Origin: Balanoglossus misakiensis
Lineage: Eukaryota > Animalia > Hemichordata
Length of the DNA stretch: 64,000 nucleotides
NCBI GenBank assembly: GCA_040954595.2
Contig: CM082593.2
Location: 9,061,200-9,125,199, forward strand
Direction of reading: 5' to 3'
Shown: positions 1 through 13,413 of the stretch, piece after piece
How positions within the stretch are numbered: position 1 is the stretch's first letter
Layout of the letters: each line of letters opens with the position of its first letter
Translations under genes and position numbers: made by a program
Notes under the pieces: model-generated
What the model was told of the DNA's origin: nothing
Database searches by the model: none
The model's input: the letters and a program-made list of their open reading frames with translations, nothing else

Positions 1-2955
1 ATTCAAAGACAGATTTACTGCGCGAAAGCTATAACTTTGTAGTTTTAGTTACAAAAACAAAGCTTGTTCGAAAACGACTTTTAATGAATGTCTACTTTTT
101 GTCCGGTAAATTTTCCAGTTGGCCTACTACTTTCAAAATTTAAATGAATACAGAAATGGAAGCATGAGTTTCACATTTTAGAGAATTTGAACGAACAGTG
201 AGAAAGGGTGTCAGACAACAACAACAACTTGTAGAAATTATGGCTTTAGTCGTTTTATATTGAAATTTATGTTTCGTTTGTAGTGGAGGCTGGTCGTTTA
301 CGCCAAACGTTTTTTTATGTTACACGCGGTTCAGAAATAGGTTAGGCGAATTAGATTTTTTTTGTTCATATTATTCTAAATCAAAGGAGTATGCGATAAA
401 TTACACCACGGAAACATGTTTGCGATTGGAAAAGAGGAGCTTATCATACATGCAACGCCTGTATGCCACTGCGCTATTGCTGTATTGTTCTCAGAGCGAA
501 GATTAAGACAGAGTATTTTCACATGTGAGAATAGATAATTTTAGAACGTGTGCCGAGAGACGCCCACTACATTTTTCTCTTCACGGCAAAGATCGAGAAA
601 TACACGAAAAATGATGTTTGAATAGACCAAGACCGATAAAAAGTAATGTAAAATCACATTATTTTGTGGAATGAAATCAAAATTCGCTCATCACACTGAA
701 GTCAGCCAGCCACAACTTGCAACATTTGTCGCGTTATCAAGAGAGAGTTGTAGCAGGCGCCGTGTGAGCACGCGCAAGTTGGTTGTTCTATTCCTGGCAA
801 ACTGTGTTAGGATGTCATCGAAATTCCCCTTTATCGTCCACAATTCGACCTGAGTTAATAATAGAGTTAAAAACTGTGAGCTGATTCTAAAAAAAAATGT
901 ATCCGGAAACCAGCGACATATCGTTTTGAGTTGACAGCAGCGAAAAGAAAGTTAGTGGTCAGGGGTTTGAAGTACGTCGGGTTACCGGAAATGTCTTTTT
1001 TTTTCTTAGCATAATATTCTATTTTTGTTTTTGAAAACATTAGTAGCCATCTTAGTTCTATTTTTGACACTTTCATTGGAATGCTTCGCATACATCCATG
1101 CTTAGGTATTAAGATATGTCGTCTGGTGTGTGTTCTTCTGAATGTTATTTCACGGAAACTACCTCAATGGGACATAGAAATAGGTAATGTTCACGAAGCA
1201 AAGTGATGGCTGCTATCGTGCCTTCGTTCACATTCCGAACAATGTAGCGTTCTGTTGATCCTTCAACTGCGGTTGCAGTGCCGAATGTTTATGTTTAGCG
1301 CCCTCACTGTCTGGAGTATGCATCCATGATGAAGCAAGTAGGACAGTCTTGTACAGTCTATCAAGTGCAGTTTTTATATGACTGAATAGATTCTGGTGAA
1401 GTGAAACAACATTTGCGCTTTGAGAATTCTGTTAGAGAGGAAATGATGGAACTGTTTGGTATTGAAATCATGATCTTTTGTATATTAATGTTCTTGCTAG
1501 TGTATTTGAGTAATAGAAATAAAATGAATATAACTGTCCAAAATATTACTGCATATTCTGTAGCGCACAAAAGTTCTAAAAAATTGAAACTTTTCATTGC
1601 TTTTTTTCCATTTTTTCTGTTCATCAAGAAAAAGTGGACAGAAGTTGGTAAAAACCAAAACTTTCACACTAGTATGTTTAACATCCGGGCAAAATTATCT
1701 TTAAAATGAGAAACATGACACTTTACAATCTGTCCTGTACAATTGTCATCAAGATTTGCGATTGATCATAGACTTCTTTCCGTTTTTGCTATGTACAAAG
1801 AAAATCTAGATAGAAATTGGAGAAAACAAACGACTTTGAACAGTTCAATTTGTACATCAGGCGAAAACTATCAAAAATGGTAGATTTAAAGATAATCTTA
1901 GGAGTTGATTTGAAATAATTTATCCTTTTTTAATCAAAAGTCATATCAAATAAGGTCATATTAGTATTATTTTTATTCTTTAATTGACTGAGGTACCAGA
2001 ATGTTCTGTTACCAATACCGCTGATGATACATCTTACACTGAGTTAGGTGTTTTCAACTAATTGTTAAATCTGTAGCTATTTAGCAATCTTTTTTCCAGT
2101 CTTTTTGACAATTTTCTAGTAAGCCTTGATATTTTGAATGGTTTTGTTGTTAAATGATTAAAAATTATTTTCCCATTAAAAGACTTTGACTAAAATAGTC
2201 AGTTTTTACAAAGTTTTATATTAATTAAACTGTTTTGACAAGTGCTTTACATGTCAGACAAAATTGTTTGTTAATCTTTCAAATGTTAAATTTTATCAAA
2301 AGCCAAATTTAAAATGGTAAAAGCATGCTTCTTGAGGGTCTTTTTTCAGGTCATACACACAATAAGAAAACTGTATTTTGATGCATAGATGCTGTTTTTT
2401 TAAATATATATTTGATGAACAGAGAATATCATTTGTAAAAAATTGGCCATTATCAAGTGAAACTATGTATTACTATATGTTACTTTTGGAAGCTTGTGCA
2501 AAATTGTTTATGATTTTGTGTTCTATGGAAAATGGAGTTTTATTGTTGATGTTTTTGGGTATACAGTTATCTTATTGATAGCTAGTTCGATTTAAGTACC
2601 AAGACCATTCTCAGTATAAAAAGTAGAATACATTTTCCGAGAGAATAGCTAGATATAAAGCTGTGAAATTATGGTCGAATGAGGGGGTTTAATATTTAGT
2701 GAGTTATCAGTTTTTAATTTGCATGTGGAATTCAAGATTTAAGATTTGGTATAGAGATATCAAAGAAACGGAGGTTAATTTGAAATGACACTAACAGCAC
2801 TAACAGGGCATAATTGACAAAGTGCTTTTTAATGTTTAATAGCATTTAAAAGCCCATTTGAACTTTATCTTTTGCATTGTTTTGTGCTTGACATGACTTC
2901 ATAATTGAGTACAGAGATCTAATAGTAATCACTAGTGATTGTTGTAATAATTTTT

Positions 2956-4198
2956 TTACACTGCTAGCCATATTGGTTTGTGGTCACTGTAGTATGATTC
3001 AAGTACACCAACTTGTGTTGACTGAATATTCGTATAAATATGATCAAGGCAAGATCCATAGTTTGTTGTTGGTTCTTGAATAAGTTGTTTGTACTTGAGT
3101 TGGTTTGTCATAAATTCCATTAATTGCTTTACTGAAGATGTTTGTTGTAACAAATCAACATTGAAATCACCAAGTAGCACTGTTGGTAGATTTTCATGCA
3201 GTTGTTCGCTAAGGTTTAGAAGAGCACTTTGTAAGGTGTCTATTGATGTTGAAGGAGGAATGTAAATAGCAACTACTTGAAGTAAGCCAAGTGTTGTTTT
3301 GTATACTGCTGTGACAAATTCACAGTGAAAGTAATGGTGTGAATGTGGAAGAGACTCCAGGGTGTTAGCTTTGCTGTACAATACTAGCCCATGATATGGT
3401 CTTCTTTGTTGATTACTGTTGTCATCATGTCTGGAAATTTCAAAATCTGGAATTCTGTAATCATCATTCTGATCAGCACTTTGTAATCTTGATTCACTGC
3501 AAATAAGTACATCAGCTGATGTCAAATTGAAATCATTCACAACATCTTGGAAATGGCAATGGAGAGATCTTACATTTTGATAAGCAATAATAAATTTGTT
3601 TGGTATATCATAGGGAAAGTCAAACAAAGTTGTAACATGGAATGAGATCGCATGCGTTGCATTTCTTGTGTGACATCAGTGCTGACAGATATTTGATTTT
3701 CGTGTAATGTGGTTATGTGAAGACCAGCCAGTTTTGTGACCCTGCTAAGCGCAACATAGTGTATATGACACTGGTTTCTGTTTGAAGCAGTGCTAAAATC
3801 AACAACCACATCATTCAGAGTATCACCTTGGCAACGGTGGACAGTTTTTCCACTGGCTGGTCTAATGGGAATTGTTTTCTAACAACTTCAGCATTTCTGT
3901 GTCTTCCTACTCTGAACTGCCGTGATATCTGTGCAGTGGGTGTCCATGATTTGGTTATTTTTCTGTGGTATAAATGACGTTTTTCTTGTCGTAGTGCCTT
4001 GCCAACAGCGCTATCATCAAATAAAATCCATAGAATTGTGACATCATCCAAGTCTGGTCCATCAATAAACTTGATTATTCCTGGAGTACCGTTTATTAAT
4101 CCATCATCAACACACAGATTCATACACAGTTCAACTCGTTGATTTATTCCAACAGATAATTGAGATACTAATCCCATTGTCTTTTGAGGGCCTAACAA
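2956..4198 (-). pseudogene. Helentron helicase C-terminus plus APE-type endonuclease, frameshifted
   Basis: Pif1 motifs DGLINGTPG, RKQFPL, YVALSRVT. Endonuclease motifs YQNVRSL, SESRL, LLGDFNVD, CLDHIY, SDHKPIW. Split over three frames. Confidence 0.9.
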
Positions 4199-4210
4199 TT
4201 TAACTATTAA

Positions 4211-4515
4211 TCTATTCCGAGTTTAGTGTTAGCTAAATTGACCTTAGCCAAAGATATCATAGATAATCTCATAAGTGCTGACAAAGCTGACTTTCGTTAC
4301 CAGTCATTGCCAACATTTTCTGGTGAACCAGGAAGACCAAAGTATACCATTCATCGAGAACAACTGGAATTTTTACTTAATGAAGGTTTTAATATTCCTA
4401 CTATTTCAAAACTTCTGGGTGTATCCAAGCGAACAGTATGGAGAAGAATGTCCGATTTTGGGCTCTCCATAGGTGGATGTTACTCTGTACTGACAGATGT
4501 AGAATTGGATAACAT
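4211..4515 (+). pseudogene. Inverted 305-bp copy of part of transposase exon 1
   Basis: Reverse complement of 33242-33546, near identical (LNEGF vs LNDGF). Encodes the GRPKY...[22 protein letters not shown] segment. Confidence 0.92.
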
Positions 4516-4858
4516 TAAATTTTCGTAAAGCGGGAAATTTTCTCCCATTGCCCGGCTATTGTAGCTAAAGCGACCAAAATTTGAGACCGTGATGTTTTCT
4601 GTCGTGTTCTGACGATATACCGCCCTCTATGGTTTATTGAGGTACACTTGTTATCCGAATATTATGGGATATTGTTATGGTCCTTAGCTTCATGGAAGCC
4701 ATACAATAAATATACACATGGTGACGGTTGAGTTAAATCTGAGTCTCAGTAGTTTAATCTGAACCATCCAGGCGAAATATCATACTTTCGAATTATCTTG
4801 ACATCCCACTTGCTTGCTGCTGTACTGTATGATGAGAATGGACGTACTGCAAAGCAAT

Positions 4859-5078
4859 GGCAACTTGGACTGTTCCATTCTGTGATGGCGAAGGTAAGCA
4901 TTGGGGTTAGCGACAGGTTTCGGGTTATGACGTTATTAATAAATGGAAACTTGACTTTGTTGACGAAACTAAATCACTTTATAGTCATTTTAAATATAGT
5001 TATAACTATAACTGTAACGCCAACCCTAACCCTAACGCTAACCTTCACCACCACAGAATGGTACAGTCCAAGTGGCTG
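4859..5078. repeat. Imperfect inverted repeat with telomere-like TAACCC units (MITE-like)
   Basis: cacttggactgttccattctgtgatggcgaagg-like arm at ~4860-4912 pairs with accctaaccctaacgctaaccttcaccaccacagaatggtacagtccaagtg at ~5022-5073. Confidence 0.6.
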
Positions 5079-5294
5079 TCACCTGACATGACGGCATTGA
5101 CATTGTGGACGAAAATGACTCTGTGGCCTTGCATTTTCGCGAAAACGCCATCCTAATTTTACTCTGATCACTTGTGTCTTCGACGATGGACATACCCGGA
5201 ATAGCGATATTGAATGAACATTGCGTATTTGGGTATAGCAAGGAGAGACATTTTTCGATTTCCTCTGAGTTGTTTACCGCCCGAGCCCTTTGAC

Positions 5295-5554
5295 GAATAA
5301 ATTATCATAATGAGATAAATAATAAAAACGTTTTTTTTTATTTCATTATTTCGACATTTTTATTTAATTTTTTATTTTGTTTCAGTTTCTTGGCGATTAT
5401 TTTTGCCTTTTAACGTTGTCCATTCATTATACTTACATTTTTTATCATAGTGTTTTAACATTTTTATTTTTTTCAGACAGTTTATAAGCATTTTTACCTT
5501 CGGTTGCAATTGTGTTCACATTTTTATTATTTATCTCATTATGATAATTTATTC
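5295..5554. repeat. Perfect 34-bp inverted repeat around an AT-rich core (present in every unit)
   Basis: gaataaattatcataatgagataaataataaaaa (5295-5328) and its reverse complement (5521-5554). Confidence 0.8.
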
Positions 5555-6204
5555 ACCCCCTAGTCTAGCGCATGTAGTTGGTTTTTCTGTGAGCCAGAAT
5601 GACTGAAAATTTGAACGAAAAAACAAAACAACTTACGCTACATTTTTAGTTTGTTCGGCAGATTGTGAAATGTGTGATTCATGTACATGAAAACAAATCC
5701 GTTGATCGACAACCTCATTACTTTGAAAGCTTATAAAATGTACTAAGTTAAAGGGCTTAGGCATGCAGTGTAGTGGCTGAACACTGCGTCTCACGTGACT
5801 TGGCAAAAAGACGCATCACGAAGATAGATGACTGACAGCCGGAGTTGGTTGCCCAGGGCGACAGCCAGCCCGGACCGAGGAGGGCGGAGCAAGGGGGTCT
5901 GACTGGCAGGAGCGGCACCAATAGATGAGGCCGATAGTTGTGTGGGCGGAACTGGACAAGCACGCCGTCTCGATCGACGGGCTGAGGACTTGGCAGACCG
6001 AACTGAACCCAAGCTTTATCAAGACGTAAGTAATATCCTTGCTACCGATAAGTTCTCGCTGACAGTTTTGTCTCACATTTCTCTAGTATTAAGATAGTTG
6101 TTAAGTTAGTAGTTAAGGCAAGCATCGGTCGCCTAGTGTAGGTATTATACACACGGTCGGTGCACTCACAAGTAGTATTTTCCCCCTGTAGGGCGAGTAT
6201 CACT

Positions 6205-6517
6205 TAAGCAATAAAACACCCCCAGCCATGGTATAACACGAGATTTTGACCAGTTCACGACATATACGCACGAGCGATAGCGAGTGCGTATATGGAGTTG
6301 AACTGGTCAAAATCGAGTGGTATACCATGGCTGGGGGTGTTTTATTGCTATTATATTATGCCAGTATATTGAAACTTTGCATAAAACACTTTAAAAAGGC
6401 ATTTTCTTTGACTATGATATATGACTGTGGTATATGGCTAATATATCACGGTCACGTGTCGTGTCTCGACCAATCAAATAGCGTGATTTACACCATCAAT
6501 ATACTGGTATAATATAA
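6205..6517. mobile_element. Palindromic non-autonomous element present only in unit 1
   Basis: Long hairpin agcaataaaacacccccagccatggtata...tataccatggctgggggtgttttattgct. Absent from units 2-5. taagca occurs at both edges. Confidence 0.75.
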
Positions 6518-6552
6518 TAAGCAGTAAACAACTTCGGCGGGAAATCGGAAAA

Positions 6553-7350
6553 ATGGCGGCCGGCCGACCAGTCACCCCAATCACTTCTGTGGACAGCGAA
6601 AAGATATCAGAGGCATGTCAAGCTCTAACAGAGGCCAGTAGCTTGCTGAGACAAGCACTCGCACATGTCTCCGGAGAAGGAATGCCGCAACAACCTGCAC
6701 CCAGACCTGCATCTGCGATCTCATCATATGCATCCAGATCCATCGCATCACCACCATCACAGTGGAACGTGGATGACTCTCATGTTCATTCGACACCGCC
6801 CACTCCGGGTATGTCTTCACCAACATCCTTGATGCGACCGTCGTCGCAGACACAAGGTGTCAGAGAGGAATTGCAAAGATGTTTTCGCGCCAATGCGAGG
6901 CCGCGGAATCGTTCTCGTCACAGGTCTGCAAGTGCGAGCTCGATGGGAACTGTCGCTGCATCCTGCGTCCGTAATCGCCCAACTTGGCCTCACATTTGGG
7001 TCGCATTGGCTTCAGTGGGACAAGATTGGGTTCCCACTGTCCAGGAGAGGCGGGAATTGTTGAAAGCCGGGCTTGGGGAGAAGAAGCTTCACATGCCTGT
7101 TAATTTAAATGCACTTGAAGTTATTGACTATCTGAGCAACGCATACCCCAAAATCGAACATGCCGGAGGCATAGAAATATGCAGAACCACTCGGGGTTCC
7201 AGAAAAATAGAGACTATAAGATGTCCCGCAGCTGGATATACACAAGAATACCTCAGCCTTGAATGTGGTCAAGCAAAGCTGTATATCCGACCAATCCAAC
7301 AGGAATTGGATTTAGCCCCCCTGGTTACTGAAGCCACTGACTTAATAGAG
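6553..7350 (+). CDS. HECT gene exon 1, copy 1 (266 codons)
   Basis: aaaATGGCGGCC start, open frame, donor GAG|gtaagt. Essentially identical to 18674-19471. Confidence 0.7.
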
Positions 7351-7725
7351 GTAAGTTTATAATTAGAGTTCATACATGTAAATGAATGGCTGGCTGACAA
7401 GGGTCATCTCAGCTGAAAATTAGCATATTTGGCAGGATATAAGTAATGGACATATATCCCCCTCTTGATGACATCATGAATGAAACACTGAATTGTATGT
7501 TATTGTTAGGGGAGGTGCCAGGGCGCCAGGGCGAATTAGGTGATAATTTTTGACACCCAATCATCTGAAAAGAGTGATGAATATCAGGGTTCTCCAAAAA
7601 TCATAGAGTCGGGACTAATTTGCATATTAATTAACATAAAATTTACATATAGCATTAGCTTCTATTTGACATCACTGTGGCCCCCCAATTATGTCGTCTG
7701 CTATCCTGTGTGTAGTGTACAAGTG

Positions 7726-8063
7726 TTCTGCAGACTTGTGGACACATAGCATGACCTCCAACAAAAGTTGCTACATCTTTTGTCAAGTTTAGATAAGGTG
7801 TTGCAAAATGCGTATGCTCACTTGTTGCCATCTGTGCATGCTTGCCTGTTACTAGGGCTATGATGCTATTTATAGGACGCCTGTCTAAAGATAATTCTGC
7901 AGACTTGTGGACGCATAGCATGACCTCCAACAAAAGTTGCTACATCTTTTGTCAAGTTTAGATAAGGTGTTGCAAAATGCCTATGCTCACTTGTTGCCAT
8001 CTGTGCATGCTTGCCTGTTACTAGGGCTATGATGCTATTTATAGGACGCCTGTCTAAAGATAA
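7726..8063 (+). repeat. 169-bp direct duplication in intron 1 (present in every unit)
   Basis: ttctgcagacttgtggac...ctaaagataa at 7726 and 7895. Confidence 0.85.
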
Positions 8064-9584
8064 CTGGTGCACTGAATGAAATGGGCAGCGCTGGGCCTGG
8101 GGAGAACCCTAGAATATGCATCGCTGTTTGCTGTTTTTATTGACGCCAATCTTGTTAATAGTGGGCTTTTTTTGTAATACATGTACTACTATCAAACTAT
8201 AAAAATCAGACAACCTCTCCTAAAAGTAAAAAAAAAAAAAAATCGCCGTTTTTGCGGTAAATAACCACGAACTGGACAAGATGAAAAACGGACAGAGACC
8301 TGAACATTTTGGTGTCACAGGTTTATTAGTTTAACAAAGCAAATGCTATGCATGCATGTATGTATTCTGAAATTGATTTGTCACCATATTTATTTTGTTC
8401 AGAATGGTACAGTCCAAGTGGCTGTCACCTGACATGACGGCATTGACATTGTGGACGAAAATGACTCTGTGGCCTTGCATTTTCGCGAAAACGCCATCCT
8501 AATTTTACTCTGATCACTTGTGTCTTCGACGATGGACATACCCGGAATAGCGATATTGAATGAACATTGCGTATTTGGGTATAGCAAGGAGAGACATTTT
8601 TCGATTTCCTCTGAGTTGTTTACCGCCCGAGCCCTTTGACGAATAAATTATCATAATGAGATAAATAATAAAAACGTTTTTTTTTATTTCATTATTTCGA
8701 CATTTTTATTTAATTTTTTATTTTGTTTCAGTTTCTTGGCGATTATTTTTGCCTTTTAACGTTGTCCATTCATTATACTTACATTTTTTATCATAATGTT
8801 TTAACATTTTTATTTTTTTCAGACAGTTTATAAGCATTTTTACCTTCGGTTGCAATTGTGTTCACATTTTTATTATTTATCTCATTATGATAATTTATTC
8901 ACCCCCTAGCCTAGCGCATGTAGTTGGTTTTTCTGTGAGCCAGAATGACTGAAAATTTGAACGAAAAAACAAAACAACTTACGCTACATTTTTAGTTTGT
9001 TCGGCAGATTGTGAAATTTGTGATTCATGTACATGAAAACAAATCCGTTGATCGACAACCTCATTACTTTGAAAGCTTATAAAATGTACTAAGTTAAAGG
9101 GCTTAGGCATGCAGTGTAGTGGCTGAACACTGCGTCTCACGTGACTTGGCAAAAAGACGCATCACGAAGATAGATGACTGACAGCCGGAGTTGGTTGCCC
9201 AGGGCGACAGCCAGCCCGGACCGAGGAGGGCGGAGCAAGGGGGTCTGACTGGCAGGAGCGGCACCAATAGATGAGGCCGATAGTTGTGTGGGCGGAACTG
9301 GACAAGCACGCCGTCTCGATCGACGGGCTGAGGACTTGGCAGACCGAACTGAACCCAAGCTTTATCAAGACGTAAGTAATATCCTTGCTACCGATAAGTT
9401 CTCGCTGACAGTTTTGTCTCACATTTCTCTAGTATTAAGATAGTTGTTAAGTTAGTAGTTAAGGCAAGCATCGGTCGCCTAGTGTAGGTATTATACACAC
9501 GGTCGGTGCACTCACAAGTAGTATTTTCCCCCTGTAGGGCGAGTATTACTAAGCAGTAAACAACTTCGGCGGGAAATCGGAAAA

Positions 9585-10382
9585 ATGGCGGCCGGCCGAC
9601 CAGTCACCCCAATCACTTCTGTGGACAGCGAAAAGATATCAGAGGCATGTCAAGCTCTAACAGAGGCCAGTAGCTTGCTGAGACAAGCACTCGCACATGT
9701 CTCCGGAGAAGGAACGCCGCAACAACCTGCACCCAGACCTGCATCTGCGATCTCATCATATGCATCCAGATCCATCGCATCACCACCATCACAGTGGAAC
9801 GTGGATGACTCTCATGTTCATTCGACACCGCCCACTCCGGGTATGTCTTCACCAACATCCTTGATGCGACCGTCGTCGCAGACACAAGGTGTCAGAGAGG
9901 AATTGCAAATATGTTTTCGCGCCAATGCGAGGCCGCGGAATCGTTCTCGTCACAGGTCTGCAAGTGCGAGCTCGATGGGAACTGTCGCTGCATCCTGCGT
10001 CCGTAATCGCCCAACTTGGCCTCACATTTGGGTCGCATTGGCTTCAGTGGGACAAGATTGGGTTCCCACTGTCCAGGAGAGGCGGGAATTGTTGAAAGCC
10101 GGGCTTGGGGAGAAGAAGCTTCACATGCCTGTTAATTTAAATGCACTTGAAGTTATTGACTATCTGAGCAACGCATACCCCAAAATCGAACATGCCGGAG
10201 GCATAGAAATATGCAGAACCACTCGGGGTTCCAGAAAAATAGAGACTATAAGATGTCCCGCAGCTGGATATACACAAGAATACCTCAGCCTTGAATGTGG
10301 TCAAGCAAAGCTGTATATCCGACCAATCCAACAGGAATTGGATTTAGCCCCCCTGGTTACTGAAGCCACTGACTTAATAGAG
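9585..10382 (+). CDS. HECT gene exon 1, copy 2
   Basis: Open frame and intact donor; one private R>I substitution. Confidence 0.7.
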
Positions 10383-12615
10383 GTAAGTTTATAATTAGAG
10401 TTCATACATGTAAATGAATGGCTGGCTGACAAGGGTCATCTCAGCTGAAAATTAGCATATTTGGCAGGATATAAGTAATGGACATATATCCCCCTCTTGA
10501 TGACATCATGAATGAAACACTGAATTGTATGTTATTGTTAGGGGAGGTGCCAGGGCGCCAGGGCGAATTAGGTGATAATTTTTGACACCCAATCATCTGA
10601 AAAGAGTGATGAATATCAGGGTTCTCCAAAAATCATAGAGTCGGGACTAATTTGCATATTAATTAACATAAAATTTACATATAGCATTAGCTTCTATTTG
10701 ACATCACTGTGGCCCCCCAATTATGTCGTCTGCTATCCTGTGTGTAGTGTACAAGTGTTCTGCAGACTTGTGGACACATAGCATGACCTCCAACAAAAGT
10801 TGCTACATCTTTTGTCAAGTTTAGATAAGGTGTTGCAAAATGCGTATGCTCACTTGTTGCCATCTGTGCATGCTTGCCTGTTACTAGGGCTATGATGCTA
10901 TTTATAGGACGCCTGTCTAAAGATAATTCTGCAGACTTGTGGACGCATAGCATGACCTCCAACAAAAGTTGCTACATCTTTTGTCAAGTTTAGATAAGGT
11001 GTTGCAAAATGCCTATGCTCACTTGTTGCCATCTGTGCATGCTTGCCTGTTACTAGGGCTATGATGCTATTTATAGGACGCCTGTCTAAAGATAACTGGT
11101 GCACTGAATGAAATGGGCAGCGCTGGGCCTGGGGAGAACCCTAGAATATGCATCGCTGTTTGCTGTTTTTATTGACGCCAATCTTGTTAATAGTGGGCTT
11201 TTTTGTAATACATGTACTACTATCAAACTATAAAAATCAGACAACCTCTCCTAAAAGTAAAAAAAAAAAAAAATCGCCGTTTTTGCGGTAAATAACCACG
11301 AACTGGACAAGATGAAAAACGGACAGAGACCTGAACATTTTGGTGTCACAGGTTTATTAGTTTAACAAAGCAAATGCTATGCATGCATGTATGTATTCTG
11401 AAATTGATTTGTCACCATATTTATTTTGTTCAGAATGGTACAGTCCAAGTGGCTGTCACCTGACATGACGGCATTGACATTGTGGACGAAAATGACTCTG
11501 TGGCCTTGCATTTTCGCGAAAACGCCATCCTAATTTTACTCTGATCACTTGTGTCTTCGACGATGGACATACCCGGAATAGCGATATTGAATGAACATTG
11601 CGTATTTGGGTATAGCAAGGAGAGACATTTTTCGATTTCCTCTGAGTTGTTTACCGCCCGAGCCCTTTGACGAATAAATTATCATAATGAGATAAATAAT
11701 AAAAATGTTTTTTTTTATTTCATTATTTCGACATTTTTATTTAATTTTTTATTTTGTTTCAGTTTCTTGGCGATTATTTTTGCCTTTTAACGTTGTCCAT
11801 TCATTATACTTACATTTTTTATCATAATGTTTTAACATTTTTATTTTTTTCAGACAGTTTATAAGCATTTTTACCTTCGGTTGCAATTGTGTTCACATTT
11901 TTATTATTTATCTCATTATGATAATTTATTCACCCCCTAGCCTAGCGCATGTAGTTGGTTTTTCTGTGAGCCAGAATGACTGAAAATTTGAACGAAAAAA
12001 CAAAACAACTTACGCTACATTTTTAGTTTGTTCGGCAGATTGTGAAATTTGTGATTCGTGTACATGAAAACAAATCCGTTGATCGACAACCTCATTACTT
12101 TGAAAGCTTATAAAATGTACTAAGTTAAAGGGCTTAGGCATGCAGTGTAGTGGCTGAACACTGCGTCTCACGTGACTTGGCAAAAAGACGCATCACGAAG
12201 ATAGATGACTGACAGCCGGAGTTGGTTGCCCAGGGCGACAGCCAGCCCGGACCGAGGAGGGCGGAGCAAGGGGGTCTGACTGGCAGGAGCGGCACCAATA
12301 GATGAGGCCGATAGTTGTGTGGGCGGAACTGGACAAGCACGCCGTCTCGATCGACGGGCTGAGGACTTGGCAGACCGAACTGAACCCAAGCTTTATCAAG
12401 ACGTAAGTAATATCCTTGCTACCGATAAGTTCTCGCTGACAGTTTTGTCTCACATTTCTCTAGTATTAAGATAGTTGTTAAGTTAGTAGTTAAGGCAAGC
12501 ATCGGTCGCCTAGTGTAGGTATTATACACACGGTCGGTGCACTCACAAGTAGTATTTTCCCCCTGTAGGGCGAGTATTACTAAGCAGTAAACAACTTCGG
12601 CGGGAAATCGGAAAA

Positions 12616-13413
12616 ATGGCGGCCGGCCGACCAGTCACCCCAATCACTTCTGTGGACAGCGAAAAGATATCAGAGGCATGTCAAGCTCTAACAGAGGCCA
12701 GTAGCTTGCTGAGACAAGCACTCGCACATGTCTCCGGAGAAGGAACGCCGCAACAACCTGCACCCAGACCTGCATCTGCGATCTCATCATATGCATCCAG
12801 ATCCATCGCATCACCACCATCACAGTGGAACGTGGATGACTCTCATGTTCATTCGACACCGCCCACTCCGGGTATGTCTTCACCAACATCCTTGATGCGA
12901 CCGTCGTCGCAGACACAAGGTGTCAGAGAGGAATTGCAAAGATGTTTTCGCGCCAATGCGAGGCCGCGGAATCGTTCTCGTCACAGGTCTGCAAGTGCGA
13001 GCTCGATGGGAACTGTCGCTGCATCCTGCGTCCGTAATCGCCCAACTTGGCCTCACATTTGGGTCGCATTGGCTTCAGTGGGACAAGATTGGGTTCCCAC
13101 TGTCCAGGAGAGGCGGGAATTGTTGAAAGCCGGGCTTGGGGAGAAGAAGCTTCACATGCCTGTTAATTTAAATGCACTTGAAGTTATTGACTATCTGAGC
13201 AACGCATACCCCAAAATCGAACATGCCGGAGGCATAGAAATATGCAGAACCACTCGGGGTTCCAGAAAAATAGAGACTATAAGATGTCCCGCAGCTGGAT
13301 ATACACAAGAATACCTCAGCCTTGAATGTGGTCAAGCAAAGCTGTATATCCGACCAATCCAACAGGAATTGGATTTAGCCCCCCTGGTTACTGAAGCCAC
13401 TGACTTAATAGAG
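12616..13413 (+). CDS. HECT gene exon 1, copy 3
   Basis: Open frame and intact donor. Confidence 0.7.

Noticed and set aside
1-2955. Helentron 3' terminus or host exons
   Set aside because: No gctcacgtg subterminal repeat plus hairpin and no convincing exon found; the short ORFs are AT-rich and featureless.
5022-5045. Interstitial telomere
   Set aside because: Only about three degenerate TAACCC units inside an inverted repeat.
5757-6076. GC-rich segment with overlapping short ORFs and a gtaagt donor at ~6026
   Set aside because: No recognisable protein in any frame; might be a non-coding exon, but cannot be supported.
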